Source: Candidatus Pacearchaeota archaeon (GTDB taxonomy: Archaea; Nanobdellota; Nanobdellia; Pacearchaeales; GW2011-AR1). Taken from it: a stretch of DNA of 64,000 bases. Position numbers and translations under genes: made by a program. Within the stretch, counting starts at the first letter, position 1, and every line of letters begins with the position of its first letter. The notes under the pieces were generated by a model. It did no database searches, was not told the origin of the DNA, and was given only the letters and a program-made list of their open reading frames with translations. Shown piece by piece: positions 47,038-55,438 of the stretch. The DNA lies in the NCBI GenBank assembly GCA_041649755.1, contig JBAZMK010000001.1, positions 66,826 to 130,825 on the forward strand. The letters are read 5' to 3'.

Positions 47038-48414
47038 TTTAAGATTCTGACCAAAAATTTCATCCCAAGTCATTGTTTTTCCTTTTTCCCGGGCGTTATC
47101 CCTATGAAGCTGGAGAGTTTCAGGGTCTTGGACGTATTTTACCATACAATTAGCTAATTGTTCTATTGTCTGAGAACCCTTGTCACAATCTACAAGCAAT
47201 CCTCTCGCATTTGGGTCTTTCATTCCGATAATTTCTCCTTCTGAGGGCATTTTTAAATTTAAAATGTCTTCAATTGAACCTGAGTTCCCCGGAGAAAGCA
47301 CTTCACAGGCGTGCCAAAATTTAGAAGAGATAGGCGCTCTGCCATGACCTATTGCTTCAACGATTTGACCACTAGAGATTTGTTCGACGCCCTTATACGC
47401 AAAGACAGGAACGTCTCCTCCTGCAAAGGTTCCTGAATACTCTTCTTCACTTAATGGTCTATAAGCAAACATAATCCCATGGGAATTTTCTCTTGTTTTT
47501 CTTCCTATATTTCTTAAGAAAGAGATTTCATTAAAGGGGTCTTCTGGGTTTAATAATAATCTTGAATTCAATAAGGCTCCTCTACTTTGTTCAACAAATT
47601 CCTCAAAGGAGGGGTTTCTTTCAAAGTCAGGGTGACTTTTACCTCGGATAATTAGCCTTGTTCTCGCTTTGGAGCCTTGTTGAGTTAATTCATCGACCAT
47701 CTTACGATAAGCAGGAACAGTATAATCAAAGATTCCTTTCCCCGAGGAAATCAGACCAGGTAGAACAAAAGTGAAAACATCTTTATCAATAGACCAGCTC
47801 TCTTTTATTTCTGCACATTCTTCAGTGGTGTAGGAATCCATCCTAACCCCATGTTCAATATGTTCTATGAGGTTTTCATCAATATCCAGAGAGTATACAT
47901 CTGAAGAGAGTATTCTTTTTCCGAGAGAGGAAAGAACTATTGTTGCGTCACTTTTCTCAACGAGACCTCTTGTAACTTCTTTTAAATGAGGGGTTGGATT
48001 AGATAAAATTGTGTGAAGGGTTGTCACAATATATAATAAACCTTTTTTAAATGCAGGAGTTTCTCTTAAAGTGTCTAAAAAAGGACCATAATTATTCTCT
48101 GTTGCCCAATTTCTTCCTCCCAATCCAAATTCATGATTTATATCTACAACTGTAGGAATCCTGCCTCGGCTATTCTTTTCTAAAGCTCTCTGACCTATAT
48201 CCTTTGCTGCAGTTATCCAAGAGTTTTTATCTTCCTGACGAATAACAAGGTCTACTAAAGAGTCATAAGAGTGATGCCCATCAATCGCCGCAACATTTAT
48301 AGAACCAATTTCTGAGGTATACCTTTGTGTACCTTTAAGTTTATTCTCTGCATATGTTCCAATCCCACATAATCTTGGGGGAAAACTGCTAACAACCCTA
48401 ACATTATATTTCAT
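46981..48414 (-). CDS. GT-B (family 4-like) glycosyltransferase
   Basis: SSFPPRLCGIGTY, HEFGL, TTLHT, HGV, GLIS.GKG, QISSG. Confidence 0.8.
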   Translation of the reverse strand: MKYNVRVVSSFPPRLCGIGTYAENKLKGTQRYTSEIGSINVAAIDGHHSYDSLVDLVIRQEDKNSWITAAKDIGQRALEKNSRGRIPTVVDINHEFGLGGRNWATENNYGPFLDTLRETPAFKKGLLYIVTTLHTILSNPTPHLKEVTRGLVEKSDATIVLSSLGKRILSSDVYSLDIDENLIEHIEHGVRMDSYTTEECAEIKESWSIDKDVFTFVLPGLISSGKGIFDYTVPAYRKMVDELTQQGSKARTRLIIRGKSHPDFERNPSFEEFVEQSRGALLNSRLLLNPEDPFNEISFLRNIGRKTRENSHGIMFAYRPLSEEEYSGTFAGGDVPVFAYKGVEQISSGQIVEAIGHGRAPISSKFWHACEVLSPGNSGSIEDILNLKMPSEGEIIGMKDPNARGLLVDCDKGSQTIEQLANCMVKYVQDPETLQLHRDNAREKGKTMTWDEIFGQNLKLFKRIRNRKLNEQQALHK

Positions 48415-48416
48415 TT

Positions 48417-49511
48417 TTAAGGTGACAAACAGACACTTTTAAACTTTTCTACAGGTATACAGCTTAATGCGAGACCATAAGAAAGCAAAGATTCTGCCCC
48501 ACAATTTTTATTTACCGAATCTGGACCGGTTATAGCATCGTATACCGCACCACTTTCTTTTATCATTCTCATTTTAGCAGAGTTTTTACCTAAAAACCAA
48601 TTAAAAGCATAATTCATATAGTTAAGATATCTTTTATCTCCAGTGTTTAAATAAGCATCTCTACACGCTTCAACCATGACTCCCGCTTCAATTGTTTGTT
48701 CGTCGTAAACCGCCCTTTCAAAACCTTTTCTAAACCATTGCGTTTCAGTAGGATTTGTCGCAGGATTCCCATTTCCAACTGCGTGGAATACGCCTTCAAA
48801 GTCAAAAAGATTCTGAATGAGAAAATCTAATGACAGAAGCCCCATTTTTTTATATTCTTCTAAACCCAACTTTTTTCCCAGAAGGATCATTGACTGAGGA
48901 ATTCTTGCTACACAGTAAGTATACTCGTTACCAAATCCTTTCCAATCCTCTGTTGAGTTATCCATAAATCTTCTTTCAAGTTCTTTTCCTACCCTGTTAG
49001 CAAGAAGTCTAATCTTGGACTGCCCTTTTTCAGAGGTATACTTTGAGAGTGCAATCCCTAGTAAAGCAAGACCCATAGGATGGTCAACCGCTTCGGTATT
49101 TTGAAGAGAGTTTAAAAAAAAGTTTCTTGCAGAATCTCTGTCAGAATAAGTTGAATGAGAATACTCTGTTAAAGCCCACAATACCCTGCCGTAACAATCC
49201 TGCAAAGAAGAGGGATTATCTCTTACGCCCCTCTTTCCAAACTCTCCATTCAACATACGATAGTTTTCAAACCATCCATCAGCTCTCTTTGATTCGTACA
49301 GATTCCTGATAAAAATGTCTGAAAGGACTGGCACCTTAGTTCTGTTTGAGACTCTGGACAAGAATATTTCTGCTCTTGCGGTGTCATCAATGCTGAATGG
49401 AACAGAAAAATCCTTTTTTTCTCCCTTAGAATGCTGAGCTACCCCATATTTTGAAGTTGTTTCTTTCAGCCGTTTGATTACTTTTTCTATTGTCATTATG
49501 AAAGGGGTCAC
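48417..49511 (-). CDS. Alpha/alpha-toroid glycosyl hydrolase-like protein
   Basis: IDDTARA, DCYGRVLWAL, GNG...W...YDEQ.IEA, AFNWFLGKN, NKNCGAES. Confidence 0.7.
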   Translation of the reverse strand: MTPFIMTIEKVIKRLKETTSKYGVAQHSKGEKKDFSVPFSIDDTARAEIFLSRVSNRTKVPVLSDIFIRNLYESKRADGWFENYRMLNGEFGKRGVRDNPSSLQDCYGRVLWALTEYSHSTYSDRDSARNFFLNSLQNTEAVDHPMGLALLGIALSKYTSEKGQSKIRLLANRVGKELERRFMDNSTEDWKGFGNEYTYCVARIPQSMILLGKKLGLEEYKKMGLLSLDFLIQNLFDFEGVFHAVGNGNPATNPTETQWFRKGFERAVYDEQTIEAGVMVEACRDAYLNTGDKRYLNYMNYAFNWFLGKNSAKMRMIKESGAVYDAITGPDSVNKNCGAESLLSYGLALSCIPVEKFKSVCLSP

Positions 49512-49606
49512 CTCTCACAATAGAGATTATAAACAAAGGGTGCTTTTAAATCTATTCAAAACTCTACCATAATTATCTTTATATATGATTACTAAATTTA
49601 AGGGTT

Positions 49607-50797
49607 ATGGTAAAATTTGCTCATTTAGCGGACTGCCATCTTGGGGGGTGGAGACAAGAGGAACTTATGACTCTGAATTTCAGGTCTTTCCAAAAGATAA
49701 TGGAAATTTGTATTGAAGAAAAGGTAGATTTTATACTTATTTCGGGGGATTTGTTTGATTCGGCGTACCCTTCAATAGAAATTTTAAAGGAAACTTTTGC
49801 GGAGTTTAAAAAAATTAGAGACGCGGGAATTCCAGTCTATCTAATTGCAGGCAGTCATGACTTTTCTGCTTCTGGAAAGACCTTTCTTGATGTTTTAGAA
49901 AAAGCGGGTTTTTGTAAAAATGTAGAGAAATTTGAGGTTCAAGAAGACGGGAAGATAAAACTCTTGCCTTCTTTTTATGAAGATATTGCGATTTATGGTT
50001 ATTCGGGAAGAAAATCTGGGCTTGAAGTAGATTTTTTAAAAAAGGTTTTTCTTGATTCTATTCATCCTTTTACTATTTTTATGATTCACACAACAATTCA
50101 CGATATTGTCGGAAATCTTCCTGTGGACTATGTTGAGAGAAGAGACCTTCCCCTAGCGGACTACTATGCTATGGGTCATATCCATCAGGTTTTTGAGATT
50201 AGAGAGAAAAATTCTGTGTTTGTTTATCCTGGACCTGCATTTCCCAATAACTTTCAGGAATTGGCAGACTTAAAATGCGGAAGTTTTCAAATTGTTGAGG
50301 TTAATGGAAAAGTAAAAACGAGAAGCATAAAGATCCCCCTTAAAGAAGTGGCTTATCTTGAAATAGAAATTCAAAACGGGCTGACCGCAACAGAGAAAAT
50401 TATTGCTGAGATTGATAAATTAAACCTCCGAGATAAAATATTTTTATTAAAAATCTATGGAACTCTTAGTGAAGGAAAGACGGGCGACATACATTTTAAT
50501 GAGATAGAGGAATTTGTTAAGAAGAAGGAAGCGTACTCTTTTTTAAGGAATATATCTTCTATAAAAATAAAAGAAGCCGATTTTGAAATATCCCCTGAAC
50601 ATGAAAATGTTGAGGATTTAGAGAAAAAGATTGTTAGGGAATATTCTTCTAAAAATCCCGGGGATTTTAATAAATATTTACCCCGCTTGTTAGAGGCTCT
50701 GGCTATTGAAAAAAAAGAAGACGAGAAATCTGTAATTTTTGAGGAAAGATTATACTCTGAATTAAAAGACGTCCTCGACCTCGCAAAAGTTCTATGA
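49607..50797 (+). CDS. mre11: Mre11/SbcD nuclease
   Basis: HLADCHLG, GDLFD, GSHD, YAMGHIH; upstream of rad50. Confidence 0.92.
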   Translation: MVKFAHLADCHLGGWRQEELMTLNFRSFQKIMEICIEEKVDFILISGDLFDSAYPSIEILKETFAEFKKIRDAGIPVYLIAGSHDFSASGKTFLDVLEKAGFCKNVEKFEVQEDGKIKLLPSFYEDIAIYGYSGRKSGLEVDFLKKVFLDSIHPFTIFMIHTTIHDIVGNLPVDYVERRDLPLADYYAMGHIHQVFEIREKNSVFVYPGPAFPNNFQELADLKCGSFQIVEVNGKVKTRSIKIPLKEVAYLEIEIQNGLTATEKIIAEIDKLNLRDKIFLLKIYGTLSEGKTGDIHFNEIEEFVKKKEAYSFLRNISSIKIKEADFEISPEHENVEDLEKKIVREYSSKNPGDFNKYLPRLLEALAIEKKEDEKSVIFEERLYSELKDVLDLAKVL

Positions 50798-52851
50798 TAA
50801 TAAAAAAATTGCATCTGGAGAATATAAGAAGCTACGAAGAAGTTACAATTGAATTCCCGAAAGGTTCACTCCTGTTATCAGGAGATATTGGTTCAGGAAA
50901 GACATCAATCCTCTTAGGACTGCAGTTTGCGTTATTTGGTCTTCAGCCTGGTCAAAAAAGCACCTCTCTTTTAAGACAAGGAAAAGACGTGGCTTATGTT
51001 TCATTAGAAATTGAGATTGATGGAAAAGAAATAACACTTGAGAGAACTATGAAGAGAAGTAAAAACGGAGGGATAACGCAAGAGGCAAATATCATAACAA
51101 TAGACTCTTCCAGAGAAGAACTTTCAACTTCAGAAATGAAAGACAGAGTAATGAAACTTCTTAACTATCCTAAAGAATTTGTTAAAAAGTCCAACCTTCT
51201 TTATAAGTTCACGGTTTACACCCCCCAGGAAGAAATGAAGTCAATAATTCAAGAAAGAGCCGAAATAAGGCTTGATATTTTAAGACACATTTTTGGTATT
51301 GACCGATATAAGAGAATAAAAGAAAATACACAGATTTTTTTGCAAAAGATAAAAGAGGTCACAAGAATAAAAGAGATTCTTGCTTCTGAACTCAATTTAA
51401 TAAAGGAAAAGCTTAACATAGAAAGTGAGAAAAAAATTCTTCTTGCAAGAGAAGTAAATAACCTCAATATTGAGTACCAAAAATTGATGGAAAAGAAAGA
51501 TGAAACAAAGATGAAACTTGAGTTTTATCAGAAAAGTCTAGAAGAAAAAAGAGAACTTGACTCAAAGATTTCAAATCTTGAAACGTTAATCCTCGGAAAA
51601 AAAGATTTAGAGAATAAGATAAAAAAGGAAATTTTGATTATGCAGAAACAAATTGAGGAAGAGGTAGATTTCTCTGAAGAGAGATTAAGGGCAACAATGG
51701 CTTTGTTAGATAAACACAAGTTTCTTCTTGAAGAAAAAAATGTTTCTTTTTTAAAAATAAACTCCCAGATTTCTGTCCTTAAAGCGAAAAAAGAAGAATT
51801 ACTTGGTCTGAAAGAAAAAGTTGAATCTTTAGAGAATTGTCCTACTTGCTTTCAGGTTGTAAGTTTAGAACACAAAACAAAAATTTCCAAGAGGACCCAA
51901 TTTGATATAGAGGATATTGATAGAGAGCTGGACTGCAAATTAAAAGAGAGAGAGTCTCTGATTAAAGAAACAGAAAATGAGAAAAGGCTTATACAAGAGT
52001 ATGAAGAAGATGTAAATTTAATGCAACGGAATAAGATTAAATTTGAACATCAAAATGAGATTAAAATAAGATTAAAAAGCGAGGCATTTATCCTTGATAG
52101 AACCTACAATGAAATTGAAGGATTAAAAGGACAAATTGAAGTATTAAAATCAAGACTTGTTGATTATTTAAAGTCTTATGAATTATTTGAGGGAGTAAAA
52201 AAAGAATTCGAAAATGGAGAAAGAATTGTCAGAAATTTTGAAATAAATCTCGCTGAAAAAAATAAAGAACTTGAGATTTTAAAGAGTCGGCTTGAAGAAC
52301 TTCAGAAGGATATTGAAGACAAAAGCAAGTTCAGGGAACAGGCACAATATCTGAAAGGTCTGCAAGACTGGATTGAAGAGAAATTTCTCTCGCTTATTGT
52401 TTTAACTGAAAAAAATGTTATGGTTAAACTACGGGAGGAGTTCTCTTATATATTCGGTGAGTGGTTTTCTGTTCTTGCCCCTAATTCTATTTCTGTCAGA
52501 CTTGATGAAGATTTTACTCCAATTATCACAAATCAGGATTACGAAATTGATTATGACTTTCTTTCTGGCGGGGAGAGAACCGCTGTAGCTTTGGCTTATC
52601 GTCTTGCACTTAATCAGGTTTTGAATTCCATCCTTTCCAGAATTAAAACCAAAGATTTGTTAATTTTAGATGAACCAACAGAGGGTTTTGCGTCAGAACA
52701 GCTTGACAAAATGAGAGATATTTTTGAACAATTAAATATGGAACAAATAATTTTAGTGAGCCACGAACAGAAAATTGAGGGTTTTGTTGACCATGTGATT
52801 AGGATAAGAAAAGACGGAACCAGCCAAATAGACCAACCAAAATCCTTTTAA
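50794..52851 (+). CDS. rad50: Rad50/SbcC ATPase (short coiled coil)
   Basis: NIRSY, GDIGSGKTS, zinc hook CPTC (51838-51849), LSGGER, LDEPT, VSH. Confidence 0.92.
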   Translation: MIIKKLHLENIRSYEEVTIEFPKGSLLLSGDIGSGKTSILLGLQFALFGLQPGQKSTSLLRQGKDVAYVSLEIEIDGKEITLERTMKRSKNGGITQEANIITIDSSREELSTSEMKDRVMKLLNYPKEFVKKSNLLYKFTVYTPQEEMKSIIQERAEIRLDILRHIFGIDRYKRIKENTQIFLQKIKEVTRIKEILASELNLIKEKLNIESEKKILLAREVNNLNIEYQKLMEKKDETKMKLEFYQKSLEEKRELDSKISNLETLILGKKDLENKIKKEILIMQKQIEEEVDFSEERLRATMALLDKHKFLLEEKNVSFLKINSQISVLKAKKEELLGLKEKVESLENCPTCFQVVSLEHKTKISKRTQFDIEDIDRELDCKLKERESLIKETENEKRLIQEYEEDVNLMQRNKIKFEHQNEIKIRLKSEAFILDRTYNEIEGLKGQIEVLKSRLVDYLKSYELFEGVKKEFENGERIVRNFEINLAEKNKELEILKSRLEELQKDIEDKSKFREQAQYLKGLQDWIEEKFLSLIVLTEKNVMVKLREEFSYIFGEWFSVLAPNSISVRLDEDFTPIITNQDYEIDYDFLSGGERTAVALAYRLALNQVLNSILSRIKTKDLLILDEPTEGFASEQLDKMRDIFEQLNMEQIILVSHEQKIEGFVDHVIRIRKDGTSQIDQPKSF

Positions 52852-52873
52852 ACCAATTTTCTTAAGTATATCT

Positions 52874-53128
52874 ATGGAAGTTAAAATAATTAAAGATGAA
52901 AAGAATGAACTTGATATAGAGTTGGATAACCTTACAGTTGCAGAGCTTTTGAGAGTTTATCTAAATAAAAATGATGTTAAGATGGTTGCTTGGAAAAGAG
53001 ACCATCCTACAAAAAACCCTGTTTTACATATAGAAGCAGACAATCCGAAAAAGGCTTTAAAGAATTCAATAGCCCAGATAGAAAAAGAGATAGAATCTGC
53101 ATTAAAGGAATTTAAAAAATTAAAGTGA
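52874..53128 (+). CDS. rpoL: RNA polymerase subunit L (Rpo11)
   Basis: MEVKIIK...TVAELLR.YL....V...W..DHP...P.L.I pattern. Confidence 0.85.
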   Translation: MEVKIIKDEKNELDIELDNLTVAELLRVYLNKNDVKMVAWKRDHPTKNPVLHIEADNPKKALKNSIAQIEKEIESALKEFKKLK

Positions 53129-54133
53129 ATTTTTTCTTTTGTTCTTTTTTGCTTCTTTTTTGCTTCTCACTAAAAAGTATATTATTATTATGTCAAGAAC
53201 TATTAAAGAAGTCAGGGTTACTATTGCTCCTCTGAATTTTTTCTCGCTTCCTTCAAGAACAAAGAAAGAGTATGAACCCGTCGCTATGTTTTCTCCATAA
53301 GAGGCTTTTAGATAGAGAACATATTGACCTGGAGGGAGGTCTCTGGGGATGCTTAAACCCCTTACTAATTCAAGTTTATCTTCTATTGCGATGCTTTCCT
53401 CTTTAAATGTCAAAATGTTACCATCAAAATCTTTTATAGCATAATAAAAGAAAACATCTATGCCTTTTAAGTGCCCCATATTTGTAAGGTTAAAACTCAC
53501 TTCAACTTTTTGACCAGAATAAACATAATCCTCTGTCAACTCCCCACTGACATCAAATAAGGGGGACCTTTCTTTAATATTAATTAAAACATTTATATAT
53601 TTAGTTAGGTTCCCTGATTTTACATTTATTTTTCCAGTATAAACTTCGGGTATTTCTTTATCTTCTGCAAAAACCGTAACGCCTATGTTTTTGATTTCCT
53701 GAGGGCTTAGACTAAATTTTTCTTCACTTAAAAACAAAAATTTTTCAAGGTTATGTGAAAGAGTTATGCTTTGCGAGTTATTTCCGGTGTTTTTCACTTT
53801 AATAGACCCGTTTGCTGTTTCTCCCTGCTTAATAGAATAATATAGGAAGTTCTTGTCTAATTCAAAATTGGAGATGCTCAATGGGGGTCCTACGCTAATC
53901 CCTCCGCTAGGACCTCCCCCTTCAGGAATATCGGGTGCTGGGGGGGCAGGACATTCACCACAATCTTCTTGACAAGAAGTACAATTCTCGTTCCACTCAC
54001 AAACACCATTCCCACAAACTCCGGGAATTGAGACTCTTGAAGGGGTCTGAACAGCATATCCGACATATCTTATTGTAAATACGGAAAGAAGACCTAATAA
54101 TAAAAAAACAACCAACCAAGATTTATTTTCCAT
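53120..54133 (-). CDS. Membrane-anchored surface protein: Cys module + two Ig-like domains + C-terminal TM
   Basis: Signal/TM, CGNGVCEWNENCTSCQEDCGEC, IKVKNTG, PGQYVL, C-terminal TM and basic tail. Confidence 0.75.
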   Translation of the reverse strand: MENKSWLVVFLLLGLLSVFTIRYVGYAVQTPSRVSIPGVCGNGVCEWNENCTSCQEDCGECPAPPAPDIPEGGGPSGGISVGPPLSISNFELDKNFLYYSIKQGETANGSIKVKNTGNNSQSITLSHNLEKFLFLSEEKFSLSPQEIKNIGVTVFAEDKEIPEVYTGKINVKSGNLTKYINVLINIKERSPLFDVSGELTEDYVYSGQKVEVSFNLTNMGHLKGIDVFFYYAIKDFDGNILTFKEESIAIEDKLELVRGLSIPRDLPPGQYVLYLKASYGENIATGSYSFFVLEGSEKKFRGAIVTLTSLIVLDIIIIYFLVRSKKEAKKNKRKNSL

Positions 54134-54153
54134 AGAAAATTGTAAGTAAAATA

Positions 54154-54816
54154 CTATTTATTTCTTTTCAATTTTTTCTTTCTGACAATTTTCCTTTTAA
54201 TCTTTCTTTTTGGCATTGATTGCGTGATAGAAGTCGGGGATTTATTATAATTTTTACGAACAAGGAATATTATTATAATAAGAGAGACTACAGCAATCAG
54301 GATATAAAGGGCGGTAAGGTCTCTTCCAGATGAATTACAAATTACTTTGATTCTTAAGGGGGCAGAAACTACCATCTGAGTGGCTGAACCTCCAGAATTA
54401 TCTATTTCAGAGGGATTTGCTACTGATTTAACCATTACTTCGCCAGAGAAGATTTTTTGTTCCTCAGAACATTCTTGTTTACATAATGTCCCTAAAAAAC
54501 AATCTTTTTCGTATACCTGGGGAACTTCAAAGCAAAATTCTATAGGTATCGCACTACCACTCGGGGTATTTGCAGGGATTAATTTTGTTTCAGTTTCCTG
54601 AAAAATCAAGACCTCTTTCAATTCTTCTGATAACTCAATCACTACATAGCTTTCTGTGGGCCAGGGATTATAAACTCCATAGCTTACACAGGCTTTACCA
54701 CCCTCCTCTAAGACAATTGACTCTTTTTCCCACTTAATTCCAACACCTGCTAACGAAAGTGGAACTAAAGATAAAATCCCTAAAATTAACCCTGCTAATA
54801 TCACCTCTTTTTTCAT
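54154..54816 (-). CDS. Secreted beta-sandwich protein with C-terminal TM and basic tail
   Basis: Signal peptide ..SLA|GVG; TM LYILIAVVSLIIIIFLV. Confidence 0.75.
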   Translation of the reverse strand: MKKEVILAGLILGILSLVPLSLAGVGIKWEKESIVLEEGGKACVSYGVYNPWPTESYVVIELSEELKEVLIFQETETKLIPANTPSGSAIPIEFCFEVPQVYEKDCFLGTLCKQECSEEQKIFSGEVMVKSVANPSEIDNSGGSATQMVVSAPLRIKVICNSSGRDLTALYILIAVVSLIIIIFLVRKNYNKSPTSITQSMPKRKIKRKIVRKKKLKRNK

Positions 54817-54817
54817 T

Positions 54818-55402
54818 TTATTCGCAATTTCCTCCTGTAATTACTCCCTTAAAATAGACTGTATTATTATATGTTCCTACTGGTTGTGCTGCAGGGATAT
54901 CCAACCAAAATCGGTAATAGAAATTACTTCCTTTCTCTATATCCACTCCTGACTTAACATAACTCTTTGTAAGTGAAACTTCACTCGCTACGGCAGGCGT
55001 ACCTGCATCTGTTGTTGTGGAATTTGCGTATGTTTGATTACCCACTCCAATAATCTCCAGTTCCTGACTCATCAGGTCTTCATTTGCTTTAATGCACAAA
55101 TCCACATTAGAATTACTATCGTTTGAAACTTCAATATACATTGTACTTCCACTGCTCCCCCCATCATGATTATGGGTTGCGTTCACATTTGTTCCAGGTA
55201 ATTCATTTATTGTTCCAAATAAGATTCCTTCGCCTAAGTTGCTTGACATCTGGATTGCCAAATAAGAAGTGATTGTAACATTTGAAACTGCAGAGCCCTC
55301 TGTAACGTATCCTGTCATTCCGATACTTTGCAAGAGAATCATTGAAATGGATAAAACTAATAGAATTCCGAAGAAAACAATAAAGAAATTATCTCTTTTC
55401 AT
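54818..55402 (-). CDS. Small secreted beta-rich protein, candidate fibre subunit
   Basis: Signal peptide + TGYVT; ends FWLDIPAAQPVGTYNNTVYFKG; homologous to the C-terminal domain of the upstream giant protein. Confidence 0.75.
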   Translation of the reverse strand: MKRDNFFIVFFGILLVLSISMILLQSIGMTGYVTEGSAVSNVTITSYLAIQMSSNLGEGILFGTINELPGTNVNATHNHDGGSSGSTMYIEVSNDSNSNVDLCIKANEDLMSQELEIIGVGNQTYANSTTTDAGTPAVASEVSLTKSYVKSGVDIEKGSNFYYRFWLDIPAAQPVGTYNNTVYFKGVITGGNCE

Positions 55403-55438
55403 AGTACTTATTGAATCTTTTTATTTATAAATCTTTTG

